DNA from: Psilocybe cubensis
Taxonomy: Eukaryota
DNA length: 64,000 bases
Direction: 5' to 3'
Assembly: GCA_017499595.2 (NCBI GenBank)
Contig: CM039000.1
Location: 1,488,001-1,552,000, forward strand
Under the pieces are notes generated by a model. That model worked only from the letters and a program-made list of their open reading frames with translations. It made no database searches and was not told the DNA's origin. A program made the translations under genes and the position numbers. This document shows positions 1 to 13,000 of the stretch, piece by piece (the stretch's first letter is position 1; each line of letters starts with the position of its first letter).

Positions 1-1061
1 CGGACAAACCTGCTGCGCTGCAAGAGTTCCCAGTGCAGTGGACCAGTTGTCAGATTGAAAGCGCCCGGGTAAATCAGTACATGGCAGCCTGGGCCGTGAT
101 GAGTACCCTACTTGAACACAAAACAACAGGGCAATACCTTTTCGTGCCGCAATCATCGCCATTTCTGGGAAGCGGATGTCATAACATATTCCGAGCCCGA
201 TTCTGGCAAATTCTGGATGGGGCAACGTTAGTCGAGCTCTTTAAGATGGTTACAATTTCATACCTGTATCAAAGTGGTTGAGCGTTGTGCCTCCCGTCAG
301 CGTCTCGCTCTCCTAGTCATGATGTCTCGTCTTAATTTGGCTTTCCTCTTCTGACACTGCATCTAACCTTGAATTTGATCTTTCCTGGAATGTCAATATC
401 GAAAAGATGGACTTTGCGATGCATTGCGACAAGATCGCCTGGAGTTTGTTGACATTAATAACAAGTCGAACCAGAAAGTCGCAAACGCACCATTAGGATT
501 GTATACAGTACAGGTATTATAGATCTTATCGTCTGTAGCATCTCGTTCTGGGATCGAACCTGTGGTTTAATTTAATTGTATATCTGTGCGATCGCGAGTG
601 AATTCACGACTCGCACCTCCAATCAACCACGTCTTCAGCTCTTTCGCTACCGAAGAAAGCATCTTCACACTTTCGCTCGAACTGTTGGCGGCATCGTACG
701 CAGTCCCTGGTACATATCCTATGTTCTCCGCGTAGACTGGGAAGTGTGTATGTCCATAGGGCGAATTGAAGCATTCCTAATGATATGACAAACAATAAAA
801 TACCCGAGCCCCCAAGGTCATGTCAACATACAGGCAATACGATTAGATCAGGTTTTTTGGTGTGTCCTTGCCCGGTGGCAGCTTTAAGAATCATCTCGCG
901 AGCATGTAGCAGATTCTCTACTTTGTTGGATCCGACTTGTCCAAGCTGAATTAATGCGAGAGTGAAAGCTTTAAAAGATGGGATTGGCATAATGGCTTGC
1001 TATGTTCAGTAGCGAACTCCCAGAGGGGATTTTGAATATCCGATATTGAGAGGCCACCTGT

Positions 1062-1314
1062 TGTGACGGGGCGTGAGAGTCCCGGCACACTTCGAACCTC
1101 AGAAAGACTGGCTAAAATATGTCTATTCAAGGTCGAACTTCTACACTACTCTAACTACGTCTTTTATACCTTTCTACCTACCTACCTACGTCATAGACAC
1201 AGTCACTTGAATATCAAATACGAACACGATAGAAAATCGTAGAAAACTTAGTAATATTCCGGCAGTATTCTTGCCGTGATGGCTCGGCATCGACAATGTG
1301 ATGCCGCCGTCACA
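1062..1314 (-). repeat. 3' LTR (253 bp) of a Ty3/Gypsy chromovirus
   Basis: Perfect 8-bp inverted termini TGTGACGG...CCGTCACA. On the minus strand it is preceded by a PPT-like GGAGGGCGTA and lies downstream of the integrase/chromodomain ORF. Confidence 0.75.
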
Positions 1315-1798
1315 TACGCCCTCCAGGCATTCCCGCGGAATGGCTCTTGTGGCCTCGTTTGGCGTAAGGATGCACGCGGTGGAGAGCGGTATCAAGGACG
1401 ACCTGATTGACTTTCTTGATTTCTCAAACGCTTCCGTAAGAGGCAGCCAGTTCAATGGCGTTGGTGAGTTCGAACTCCGACGGAAAGTTGATGGTTAGCG
1501 GAAAGTGACCCTTTGCCTCCGAAATAATATTGCCACGGTCGTCGAATTGAGTCAGGCGATTGGCGGGGTTAGGGTCTCAATGTAAATAAGATACGAACTC
1601 CGTATAGCCAACTGGCATGAGCAAGTGAGTGTTGGGTGGCATGGGTTTGACAACACGATAGGCGAATGAAATGAAGTCCTTTAGTTGAGCCGCGTGAATC
1701 GATCGAACCGTGTTATTCTCGTTGATGATGCCATACTTGAATGGAAATATTTTGAACAAGAGTGCGAATCCGGCTAGAGGAATGCACAGAGTGAAAGG

Positions 1799-3086
1799 TC
1801 AAGCGAAGAAGTCACGCGGATACATTTGCGCAAGCATGAGACTGTAATCACGCATCACTGTTCTATAATTAACACGCAATATTAAATAGATAGGGGTGTT
1901 CACGCTACCGTGGTCATTTTCAAGTCTCGTTTGTTCTCCCTTCGACGTATCAGGTCCAGCAGGTGGATTGGACACGGGTATCATGTTTGATGAAGGCTCG
2001 TGGGACATGCTTTGTGCATGCTGGATGGCTGCAGTCGGCTGGACGTGGGAAACTTGAGAAGTTGTGTTTGCACCTGATAGTGGACTGATGTGCATGCTAC
2101 CTATCTGGTCCGTCATCGTAGCGTCCTGTTGTTGGGTAGTCGAGAAAGAGTTGGATATATAGTTGTATAAGATAGCTTTGAGTGTAGGGTAGGGATAGGT
2201 TTCTGGTTCAATATACCATTCTGTCCCCTTCTTATATCTCATATCTAACTTTTCAATTTCAAATTGTATCATACCAGAAAAAATATGCAAATTATCTGGA
2301 ACTTTCCTTTCATTATTCTTGGCAAGTTCAGTGACGTGTTTAATGCCCTTTGCATCCAGGTATTCTTCCAATTCTTGTAAATGTTTGATATCTTCATAAT
2401 TCACCCAAGTTTTGTCTCCTGATTTCCATTGAACTTCAAACTTCAAGGTGCCATTCACGTCATTTATATGATTACTAATTCTCTGTACTGCCCACTTGCC
2501 TTCCAGGTCTTCAGTCCTGAAGATCTGACTGTCCAGACGGCCTAGAAACAACCTATCATCATTTGGCACATGAATTCTCAACAAAGAAGCATGGAATACA
2601 TCATGCACTCTCCTTCGTTTTAAATCACTAGATAAATCAATACAATATGAGTTGTTATTAAAGTCTTTCATAATTTTGAATGGTCCTACAAAGCAAGGCG
2701 CTAATTTACGACTCAACCCCTTAGGTATATCAATATTAGCGGTAGAAATATAAACCAAGTCGTCTACTTTAAAGGGTGCACAAATGCGTTTCCTATTTGT
2801 ACCTCTAATGGACTTTACACAAAACGCAATGATTGAATCGTGAGCTTTCATCAGGGCAGACTTCATTTTCATGGCAAAGACTTTAACACCCGGAAAATCA
2901 ACTGGTTTATCCGAGTCCCATATAAATGAGCGAGGTAAGCGCCCATAATTAAGAAAGAATGGCACAAACCCAGTGCTCTCAGACCTGGCAGAATTAATAG
3001 CAAATTCAATTGCAGGCAACTTTATAACCCAATCACGCTGATTAGCTGAAATGCACTGCCAAAGCATCTGTCCAATCGTTTTATTA
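1799..3086 (-). pseudogene. Ty3/Gypsy pol 3' fragment (integrase C-terminus, GPF/Y region, chromodomain, read-through tail), 5'-truncated at the Tc1 element
   Basis: NKTIGQML..W...LPAIEFAINS..SESTGFVPFFLNYG; KLAP.FVGPFKI; HDVFHASLL; chromodomain W.VQRISNH...FEVQWKSGDKTW. Confidence 0.9.
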
Positions 3087-4691
3087 CAGTGGGCAAAAAA
3101 ACCGTTCGAGTATTGGTCACGTATGAAAAGATTAATTTATAACTTTGAAATTAAAAATGTTAAAAATATGAGATTATTCACAGATATACTATATGGTGTT
3201 AGCTAAAGGATGACACACTGATCATGTGATTTGTCCAAGAATTGACCAAACAGCAGCATACACAATTTGCTAAGTCATTCGAACAGTTTTTTTGCTAGTA
3301 ATTTAAATGCTATAAACTATATATTATCACATGACTTTGTTGATATACCAAACAACTATCAATAAAATCATGTGACTACATGTTGAATAGGTATATAATA
3401 GCTACAACCAACCTCTTTATCCCCCCAATCAAGCATGAAACCCCTCTCTAAAGCAACCATTGCTACTATTGTCTCTCTTCTTACTTCTAGTCACTCCTAT
3501 GCCTCTATCAAGGCCCAGACTGGAGCTAGTGCTGGTTCTATCACCAAGATTTGCCAAGACTACTGTCCTAAGGCAGTGGTTTCCCATGGAGGACGCCCAA
3601 AGAAGCTGACTGGTGCCAATATCACCTATACCAAGCATAGAATTCGAACTGGACAAATCAAGAATACTGTGCAAGCTGCCAAGTCTCTGGCTACTATTAA
3701 TGGCCAGAATATCAGTCCTCAAACAGTTAGAAATGCACTCAAATCAACTGGCATGGTCTCAGTGGCAAAACAAAAGAAGCCTTTGTTATCAAAAAAGCAT
3801 AGGAGGGCTATATTGGAGTTTGCAAAAAGGCACTTGGAGTGGACTGTGGATGACTGGGCAAGGGTCTGGTGGTCAGATGAAACCAAAATCAATATATTGG
3901 GTTCAGATGGCAGAAATCAGGTGTGGATAGACAAGGAAAACAGACAGGACCCCAGGAGAATCAAGCAAACTGTGAAGTTTGGAGGAGGAAACTTGATGAT
4001 GTGGGGTTGTATGGGATGGGAAGGAATTGGATTTGCCACTAGAATTGATGAGAAGATGGATGCTCAGTTATACACTGAGATCCTAGGTGATGAGCTCCTA
4101 AAATCCTTGGAGTGGTATGGTCAACAGGTAGAAGATATCCACTTTCAGCAAGACAATGACCCCAAGCACACCTCAAAATTGGCCAAGAAATGGTTTGAAG
4201 AGCAGAATTTTAGGGTCCTCATATGGGCTGCACAATCTCCAGATCTCAACCCCATTAAACATCTATGGGAATACCTCAAAAGAAGACTTAATGAACATGA
4301 AGTCCCACCAAAGGGTATCCATGAACTTTGGGAGAGGGTTGAGAAGGAATGGAATGGAATACCCAAGGAAGTGGTGCAGAATTTGATTGCTAGCATGCCT
4401 AGAAGGTGTGCAGCAGTGATTAAGGCCAAGGGTGGACATACAAAGTACTAGTAGATATGATTTATTAATACTCAAGTGTTTAGCAAAAAAACTGTTCAAA
4501 TGACTTAGCAAACTGTATATGCTCCTGTTTGGTCAATTCTTGGAAAAATCACATGATCAGTGTGCCATCCTTTAGCTAATACCCTCTAGTATACCTGTGA
4601 ATAATCTCATATTTTTAACATTTTTAATTTCAAAGTTATAAATTAATCTTTTCATACATGACCAACACTCGAACGGTTTTTTTGCCCACTG
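3087..4691 (+). mobile_element. Complete Tc1/mariner DNA transposon with 211-bp TIRs, flanked by TA
   Basis: CAGTGGGCAAAAAAACCGTTCGAG at 3087; its reverse complement ends at 4691. TIRs are 3087-3297 and 4481-4691; TA at 3085-86 and 4692-93. Confidence 0.95.
3435..4451 (+). CDS. Tc1-family transposase (DD34E), open frame but third catalytic residue is Lys
   Basis: WSDETK, TVKFGGGNLMMWGCM, FQQDNDPKH, SPDLNPIKHLW, KGGHTKY; 34 residues between the second D and the E position. Confidence 0.93.
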   Translation: MKPLSKATIATIVSLLTSSHSYASIKAQTGASAGSITKICQDYCPKAVVSHGGRPKKLTGANITYTKHRIRTGQIKNTVQAAKSLATINGQNISPQTVRNALKSTGMVSVAKQKKPLLSKKHRRAILEFAKRHLEWTVDDWARVWWSDETKINILGSDGRNQVWIDKENRQDPRRIKQTVKFGGGNLMMWGCMGWEGIGFATRIDEKMDAQLYTEILGDELLKSLEWYGQQVEDIHFQQDNDPKHTSKLAKKWFEEQNFRVLIWAAQSPDLNPIKHLWEYLKRRLNEHEVPPKGIHELWERVEKEWNGIPKEVVQNLIASMPRRCAAVIKAKGGHTKY

Positions 4692-5881
4692 TATTATCCT
4701 CTCGGCACTTCTTTTTTTGAGTCTTGTATGCCTTATTTGTTGCAGGCAGTCCCTCTATATTTAAACTTGTATCCGCAACAAACACACAAAAAACAATATT
4801 AGAATGGGTATTAGCATTGGCAAGGTGTCCATGTACAGCGTAGTCTTCTTTGTGCCATATTTTGCAAATATAATGGCTGAGAAGGATACCTGCTGGCCTT
4901 TTGCACTTATATAAATCCAAAAATGATAAGGCCTCCTTGTTTGCTTTGAAGAGCAGTGTTGAATATGGCAGTTGGCTGGTCAAATTCATGCCAACTAATA
5001 CATTCTCTAGAACAAAGCCTCCTTTGGACTCAAAAGACATGTCAATAGCAGTTTCCACCCACATTGCATTAAAAATAGCAATAGGCAGCTATAGGGCAGC
5101 AACCATAACCCACTAACAGGCTACATAGGTGTGCTTTGATTGTCTTTGTAGGGTTATAGTGAGGTCAACTGGCCTATCTTAAGCAAAAAAAGAATCCCAA
5201 TACCCTATAGCGTGCATAGTTACACAATGCCATAGGGGTACCTGCATAGAAGTCAGCTAAATGTATCATTATATGCATATTTATATTGGTGCCCATTGAT
5301 TATGGCATTCTACCATCTGAAACTCCTAGCCCAGGGATAAGCCTTGGTTTTTCAGATAGTAAAATATCTGTATTGTCACAATCCATTGCAGTAATATGTA
5401 AAATATGTCCATGGTGGCGATCCACATTAAAATATGCATGTATAATGATGGTTTGTGGTAATTAAAGTAAAGAATGTGGTAGTTCAAGTTAGATGGACGT
5501 GGAGACTTAAATAGATACATACTTCAATTCAAGATTTAATCAACACAAGTATTATGTGATCACGTGACACCCATATTGTCTTATTCTTGTTGGCCTTATT
5601 CTGTCAACTCATACTTCTTTTTCTGTCATATTGCATCAAAAGCCAATAGATCCAACAATAAAGAACACAAAGAGAATTCAGTAAATCACATTTATTACTC
5701 TACAGGTTAGTAAAATTACTTCTGTCTTTAAGATATTTAGGTAATTCAAGGCACTTCTCAATTAAAAATCCTTTGAAGCTGTCAATCTATTGCCTCTTGT
5801 CCGCCAATATTTTGGACAAAAAGTGGCTCCAAATTTTTATGGCCCAATTAAGATCAACCTATGACTTGTAGCTTCCAGCCA

Positions 5882-8760
5882 TATTATACATTTAAGATAA
5901 CTAGTTATATAGGAATTTGTTATCTTACCTTACATCTTTGAAATCATTTCATTAAGTTACCTTATTATTTCAATAGAGTGCTTGCAGTAGTACTGTTTTA
6001 TTTTATTACATACACCTGGTGGTTTTTTAATCTTATTAGTTTCATTGCTAGCAGAGCTTATTTTATTTTATTAAATCACTAATTTATTTCATTGTAGTGT
6101 GCTTTTATTAGAATTTATTCATTTTATTGTGGTATGCTTTCATTAGTGTCAATTCAATTTATTTCTGTACACTTTTATTAAAAATTGATTCCATTGTAGT
6201 ATATTTTCATTAACATTAATTGATTTTATTGTGATGTAGTGTTAATGTAAATTTTAAGTTCACCTGGATTTTACTTGATGGATTCAAGGTTTTAATCAAT
6301 TTGGTGTGTTTTTCATAAGTTTTCTCAAGTGCAAGTAAAGGTAGATATATATGGAGATTTTGGAAATGTGTTTTAAAGAAGTTAATCTAAAAAAAACATT
6401 TGTTTGTAATTTATATGTTTGAATTACATACCTAAAGCTTGGTATTTAGAGTAGCAATTTGATAGCTGGTTAGACTAATGGACAGACTTAATAGACGGAA
6501 CTGACAAATGAAACTGACAGACAGAACTGATGGACGGAACTGACAGACAGATTTAACAGACAGAACTAATGGACAGATGAGTAGTTAAACTGAACTGACT
6601 AAAGATTTAAACAAACTGATTGCTTTAGAAAGAAATACTGAATTTATAGTGATTCAATACTCTTTTTAACAGACAAGCAGAGTTTAGGTAGTATAAGTAT
6701 ATTGCAAAAAATAACTAGCAATTACAGCTTTTGAGTAAGTTTGGGGTGCTATTGAAAAAGAAAACTTAGCTACTGCCTAAATTTTCTGAGCCTTTATATA
6801 CTTTTTCCTATGCTTACATAATCACAATAGCAATTTCTATATAAGAATAGGCTGACTAAACTCTAAACCTTATTACCAATCCATTTCTATTGTTTTGGCT
6901 AATTTTGGCAGAATAAGTAAGCACCAGGTGGTGATTTATAAGTATTTCTATTGTATTCACTAAGCGCCAAGCAGAAGATTACTAATATGTATCATTATTA
7001 TTAGTTAATACAATATTCAACAATGTTGCCTTGATAACACATTAATTAGGCTGTATTGATTATCTATTTTTAGATTTGAGGCTATATGCTGTCTGATTGC
7101 TGCTCCCATGGCTGTGCTGGGTACTGATTATGCTTGTGGTCCATTAATCATATCTGATTTGGGTGCAGTTGTTATGTGACCATGCATAATTTTATCTTTG
7201 CAGATAACATATCTTTCCCAACAAGGTTGACTTAAGGTATTCTGTAAGTTTTGCCTGTTTTGTTATTGTTGGTTGGTGCAAGGAATATTATATTTTTATT
7301 CAAAACATTTTGCATGTCTTACAGTGGTTTTATCATAAATTTATTTTATTTAACTGGTATAATTAATTTTATCTATGATTAGGCAAGAATCTAGCACAAT
7401 TTTTGGTTTAGGAACTTAGACTAAATATATTAAAATTAAGGCTAACAGCCATTCCATTAAGGCTTTATCTCTACTCCTTCTTTTGGCTTTTAGCTCTATA
7501 AATAATGCTCATCGTATGCTACTTTTATGCATTGCTGGCAATGGATTGGGCACTTTTGGGAGCATTTCTGGACCATTTCTCCTAGTGTTTTTTAATAGTC
7601 CTATAGTTTTAATATGCTCTAATCCAAATCTGAAATCAAAATTGCAATATCATTGTTTATTATTATGTAATTAAGCATATAATGTTTTATTTCCCTTTAT
7701 TTCAAAGATATTTAATGCATATATGCTACTGTTTAGAGCAGATTTACATATTTATATATACTGAAAATGATCAATCTGGTTTACAATAAAATATACAAAA
7801 TCTGGGAAGGATGAGGGATAGTATCCTTCAATCTTGGAATTTGATCAAGATTAAAGGCTTTAAAAATTAGTATAATAAGCACCTAGTTAATTCTAGCTAG
7901 GCCTGAATTTATCTGATCAGGAAGGCATTTATACAAGGGGTAGGAGGAGGAGTACGATGAATATTCTAGTTCAATAGGTTCTACTACTCTAATTGAGCTG
8001 AAACTTGGCATCTATTTTATCTAATATAAATTAAAAATAATGAAATAACCCCTGGAGGGTACTATTAAAGGTGTACTTTTTGACCAAAATATTGTACATT
8101 TAATTGCACAATAATGAGTAAAGATATTGCAATTTTAATTTTAGATTTAGATTAGAACACATTAAAACTATAGGACTACTAAAAAACACTAAGAGGAATA
8201 GTCTAGAAATGTCTCCAAAAGTGCCTAATCTATTGCCAGCAATATACAAAAATAGCATATGATGAGCATTATTTATAGAGCTAAGGGCCAAGGGAAGGGA
8301 TAGAGACAGGATAATGGAATAGTTATTAGCCTTAATTCTAATATATTTAAGTTTTTGAACCAAAAATAGTGCTAGATTCATGCTTAATCATAGATAAGAT
8401 TAATTATACTAGTTAAATAAAATAAATTTATAATAAAACCACACCACAATAAAATCAATTTTTAATAATGTACACCAAAATGAATTGAATTAACACTAAT
8501 AAAAGTGTACCACAATGAAATGAATAAATTCTAATGAAAGCACACTACAATGAAATAAGTTAGTAATTTAATAAAATAAAATAAGCTCTACTAGCAATGA
8601 AACAAATGAGGTTAAGAAATTGCTAGGTGTGTATAATAAAATGAAACAGTACTACTATAAGCACTCTATTAAAACAGTAAAGTAACTTAATGAAATAATT
8701 TCAAAGATGTAAGGTAAGATAACAAATTCCTATATAACTAGTTATCTTGGATGTATGACA
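5882..8760. repeat. Two inverted copies of a decayed LTR-like repeat (arms ~5882-6239 plus 7328-7675, and ~8100-8760)
   Basis: AAGATAACTAGTTATATAGGAATTTGTTATCTTACCTTACATCTTTGAAA near 5895 is reverse-complemented near 8700-8747. The right arm terminus reads TGTCATAC on the minus strand. A third partial copy lies at ~51720-51970. Confidence 0.75.
6240..7323 (-). mobile_element. Decayed solo LTR of the Gypsy family at 55674
   Basis: Colinear reverse complement of 55674-56903 with many transitions. TSD is GTAG/GTGG (4 bp), checked against the uninterrupted inverted arm near 8430-8460. Confidence 0.88.
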
Positions 8761-10032
8761 CCAAATGGAACCTACTAGTGAACCTCTTTGGTCTTTTCAG
8801 CCTTGCATTTGCTTAGCTTGTTTTTCAATGAGTTACACTCAGCAGTGAGTTTCTGCATTTCCCACTTGAGTAACTAAACCTCCTTTTCTACATTTTTCAG
8901 CATTTGCTTGGCTATATCTTTTCCTGTTCTAGCTATTTTGCACTACTTGGCTGCACTGTGTGCATGATTTTGAGCCTCATTTTGGGCAGCAATGGCTTTA
9001 CTGCAAGCAGTGGCATATTTCTGTACCTGTTTTTTCACCTACCCTACCCACGTTACTCGGTTAATTACCCGACCAATCCAAATGGGTACAAGCCCATTAT
9101 TTAGCAAGCAATCCTCTTTGTTACCTTACTCGTGAATAGTTCAATTGTTAATTCTGCCCTTTGTCCTACAATTATGCCTGCCCGGTGACTCCAATCCCGA
9201 CTGCCCCGACTGTCACATTGACTCTATCTCGGTAAGTTCCATAAACTGTATAGTACCTCTACGTGTGCCGCAGTCCTTCCATATCCGTACAATATGGTTG
9301 ATTTTCCGCCACGTTGACCACTCGCCCACCGCCGACCTCCCGCCCCTCCCACCCTTCCCGCCCTTCTCTACTCCCGCCCTCCTCTACTCCTGCCCTCCCA
9401 CCCTCCTCTACTCCCACCCTCCCACCTCCTCTACTCCCGCCTGCTTCCCCTTTCACTCTCGCTCTCGCTCCCCTTCACTCTCGGCCTTTGTCTTCACCGT
9501 TTCCCTTGCCGTCTCCCTTATTGTTACTCTTACCCACCTCAACCATCGCTCTGGCCCTTACCCCTCTACCCGCGCCCTCTTACTCATGTCCCTTTCTGCC
9601 CTTCCTGCATAAGGCTTGCACTCTTACCCATCAGCGGGTCTGTTTGGAAAGCACGAAATTGGGAGCTGGCCTCCCTTCAACCAGTATCATTGCCTTCCCC
9701 AATACATTCTAAGCTCTATGTTCCCTATCACCACCCACCCATATTTGGTCCAGTATATCTTCTCTTTTACACCCTCTCCCCTCCCTCCCTTAGCACACTG
9801 GTCCCCCTCTGAAGACTGCGCTGCCACTGTCGCTCCGGTTCCGCACATAGGGTGATATCAATCTCCGTTAGTTTGAGCGCCCTCGGCAAATATGTCAGTT
9901 TCCATCAGCGCCCATCACATCTATTACATTGCTTTCATAATGACAGTACGTATTCTCAATTGGTACCTTTCCTTCCTTATATTGACTGGCCCTTTTAGTT
10001 CTTATCTTGTTCCGCTACAAAATCTCAAGACC

Positions 10033-13000
10033 ATGCCCAAATTGACAGGCTTATCGAAGGGCATTGCTATCCCTTATGGAGCTTCAAGAACCCGCGGACA
10101 TGGCAAGAGAAAGCATACAGTTGCGAACAAGTCTTTACGCCAGATTGAAAAGGAGAAAGAGGCGCAAGCATACGAAATTTCAGGTGAGTTGACCTTTGCA
10201 AGTTTGCATTGCCACAGTAATGTTGATTAAAATTTTTATTAATCAAGTACTCAGTTTTACTGAGCGGCAACGTCTGCTCTGGGCTGACCGGTTGCAGTCC
10301 GCGCATGACTCAGCTATGAATGTGGATGTCAACAAACCTACAGAAGACAGTGATTGGGAGGACGAGATGGAGGAAGGCTTGCGCCGTCCACCTCCCGGAG
10401 AAAAAGGGTTGCTGCAGAGCCATGCCGGGGGAGAGGCCGTTATGGAGGACATGATGGCTGCGTTGACACCTAAGTGAGTTCTTTACTGAATATCTTTCCT
10501 TTTTTGACACTTTTGCATAGCAAACGGTACGACTTACGGACACGGCGGAAGCGCATTCAACAACGGATCAATGCTTGGCAAAAGCAAGTGCCCCTTTTAG
10601 CCGCGCGATTTCTCGAGTGGAAGCACAATGATGGTGACTTTCCTTCTCCGTCGGAAGAAAAGCATAGCTGGAGCATCCAGGTAGTGTCATTTTCAGGTGC
10701 ATGGCAATAGCAATTCCCTGAGGGTTCATCGCTTAACCAAGACCATCCGATAGTATTTGGTGACCAATCTTTCCAACATCTTCCTGACATTTCGTACACG
10801 AACAAAACTCTCGTAAGGCACGGTTTCATAGGAGCAGCACCCGAAAAACCCACTATCGCATTTTCATTGGAGATGTTGGCAATTTATCGGCAATTACGTC
10901 GTGTGTGCCCACGGTTCAGCCTAGATGCACTAGCACGCGCACTGTGTTACATCCATCAGGTTAGTGTCCCAAAGCCTTATCCGTCAATCTACTCACCTGT
11001 ATCCAGCTTCCCTGCCAGCACAATTTGAGTGATCACTTGAGCTCTGCCTACGACTGCTACCTTGAAATTGACCGCCATATTTGCGAATGGCAACGTAATG
11101 CTCTTGGACGCTCGCCACGTTGGGAATGCAAGCATGTTTGCGCCCCGTGTCTGTATAAGACACAGGATAAGGCTCCCCTCAAGTACAGCATGTTGGCTGC
11201 CATGGATGGCAACAACTCCCTCAAAATTGTCGACACCCTCTTTTGCTCGGAGACCGTACGAGCCGATGACAGGGTTTCAACATCGTGGAAGTGGCTCACA
11301 CCGGAGGAGGCTGACGTGTTTAAAGATGAAGTCAATAAGAAGGTGCGTAATACATTTTCTAGACTAAGTTCTGTCTGACGTCATACAACAAAACACCTGA
11401 CGAAGGTCCATTGGCTTTGCACAATACTGCCGCCTCAACCGCTAGCGCGATGCCGTCTGCGACCCAACCCCCTCCCAACCTCAATGACAATGCAACACCG
11501 CCTCTGATCTCACTCTCTCTGGCCCTCAATGACAACATGGTTCCTGATAGTGATGACATTGACATTCCATGGCTCAACATTACCGAGCTGGACGAACTTG
11601 CCAAATGCGTAAATACCTGTGTTGAACGTTGGCGCAATGCAGGTCCGGAAGCACAAAAGAAAATGTTTTCATTATTCGCCATTGCTGGAATCTTCTTGAT
11701 TGTATGTCACCATGGTCATGTATTGGTAATGTGCGATATGATCAGAAGTGGTGAATTGTCAGTGTCCTCATTTCTATTTTAATCCACAATCACTGATCCA
11801 TTTTCACCAGAATGAAATATTCCCTTGCCGTCGTCGATCGCCTTATCCAGTTGTACGGTTCCGATATCTGCGTGGGCTATGATATTATGTGCGCTGAAGA
11901 TCGAAGTTTGTGATTGGTTATAAACTATATGTAATCCAACAAACACAAACCCCAGGGAAAGAGTGGTCCAGACTGGATAGGACAAAACCTTCTCCTAAGT
12001 TTCTTAAGGGAGGACGCTGCCTAGGATTTAAGTAGATTAGGATGGTGTGGATTGTGAAGGGTAACGAAAGCAAAATAGTAAGAAGAGGATAACCGGGTCG
12101 TCTGGGTACGATAGTAAATAAGCCTTCCGAAAATGGGATGGAACCGTGGAATTGGATGGCGGGTGTATATGGAAAGCGTGAAGAAGATGCGTAGAATGCG
12201 TATGAGAAATCAATAAATGTGAATCTTAGAGGGGTTGTCTGAAGTGAGTGGGGAATGTTCCGAGGGGAGATGAGGAGATGACTAGGAGTTGGAATGTCGT
12301 TAAATGGCTGAATCTTGATAAGCGGATGGTAAAGGCAAAAGTGTCCTTAAATTGACAATCTTTCTGACGCTTGGAATGAAGCTATACGTCGCAGGAGTAT
12401 CGACTAAATCGAGGGTGAAAGACTAAGTCTGTCTCAAATAAAATCACTCCAGATGAGTTGACGGAGGGAAAGGATGTCTTGAATACACTCCTAACGGCGA
12501 TGGTTGGAAGGTGTAGAAGGAGTAGGAGCGGTGACGGATTGAATGGAGGAGGGGAAGTAGGGAAGTACTGGATGTCTGGATAGAAGTTGGATATTCAACG
12601 CTGAGAAGAAGAGGCGTTGGATGAGAAGGATGACTGGTCTCGGATGAAATCCTCTCTTAATGGAAAGCGAGATGACTTCAGATGAATGGAAGTAAACTTG
12701 GTCTCGACGGAGGGTGGAACTGATGACTGAATTGGACTTGGGTTTGGGCTTGGCTTGAACTTGAACTTGGAATTGAAATGAATTGATGTGGATTGACTTG
12801 AAATTGACTTGACTTGGATGAAAATTGACTTGCTTTGAAGAAAGTGGGGACTGGGTGTAACTTTCCTGTCATTTCGTGTAATTCTACTACAGCTTTTATA
12901 CTAAAAGCTACGTGAACGAAATACCAATCTGAGCTACTGAAAACCGAGTCATATACTGTACAACGTGTCAAGAATGAGGCTACGCAAGTGTAACAATAAG

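Noticed and set aside
1-1058. Short ORFs at the left edge
   Set aside because: No recognisable domain or splice structure; may be the end of a gene outside the window.
4694-5300. Possible decayed gene fragment
   Set aside because: Coding-like but broken and unidentifiable from sequence alone.
9145-9855. Pro/Ser-rich ORFs here and the mirrored ORFs at 19907-20516
   Set aside because: They are translations of the C-rich TIR and subterminal sequence.
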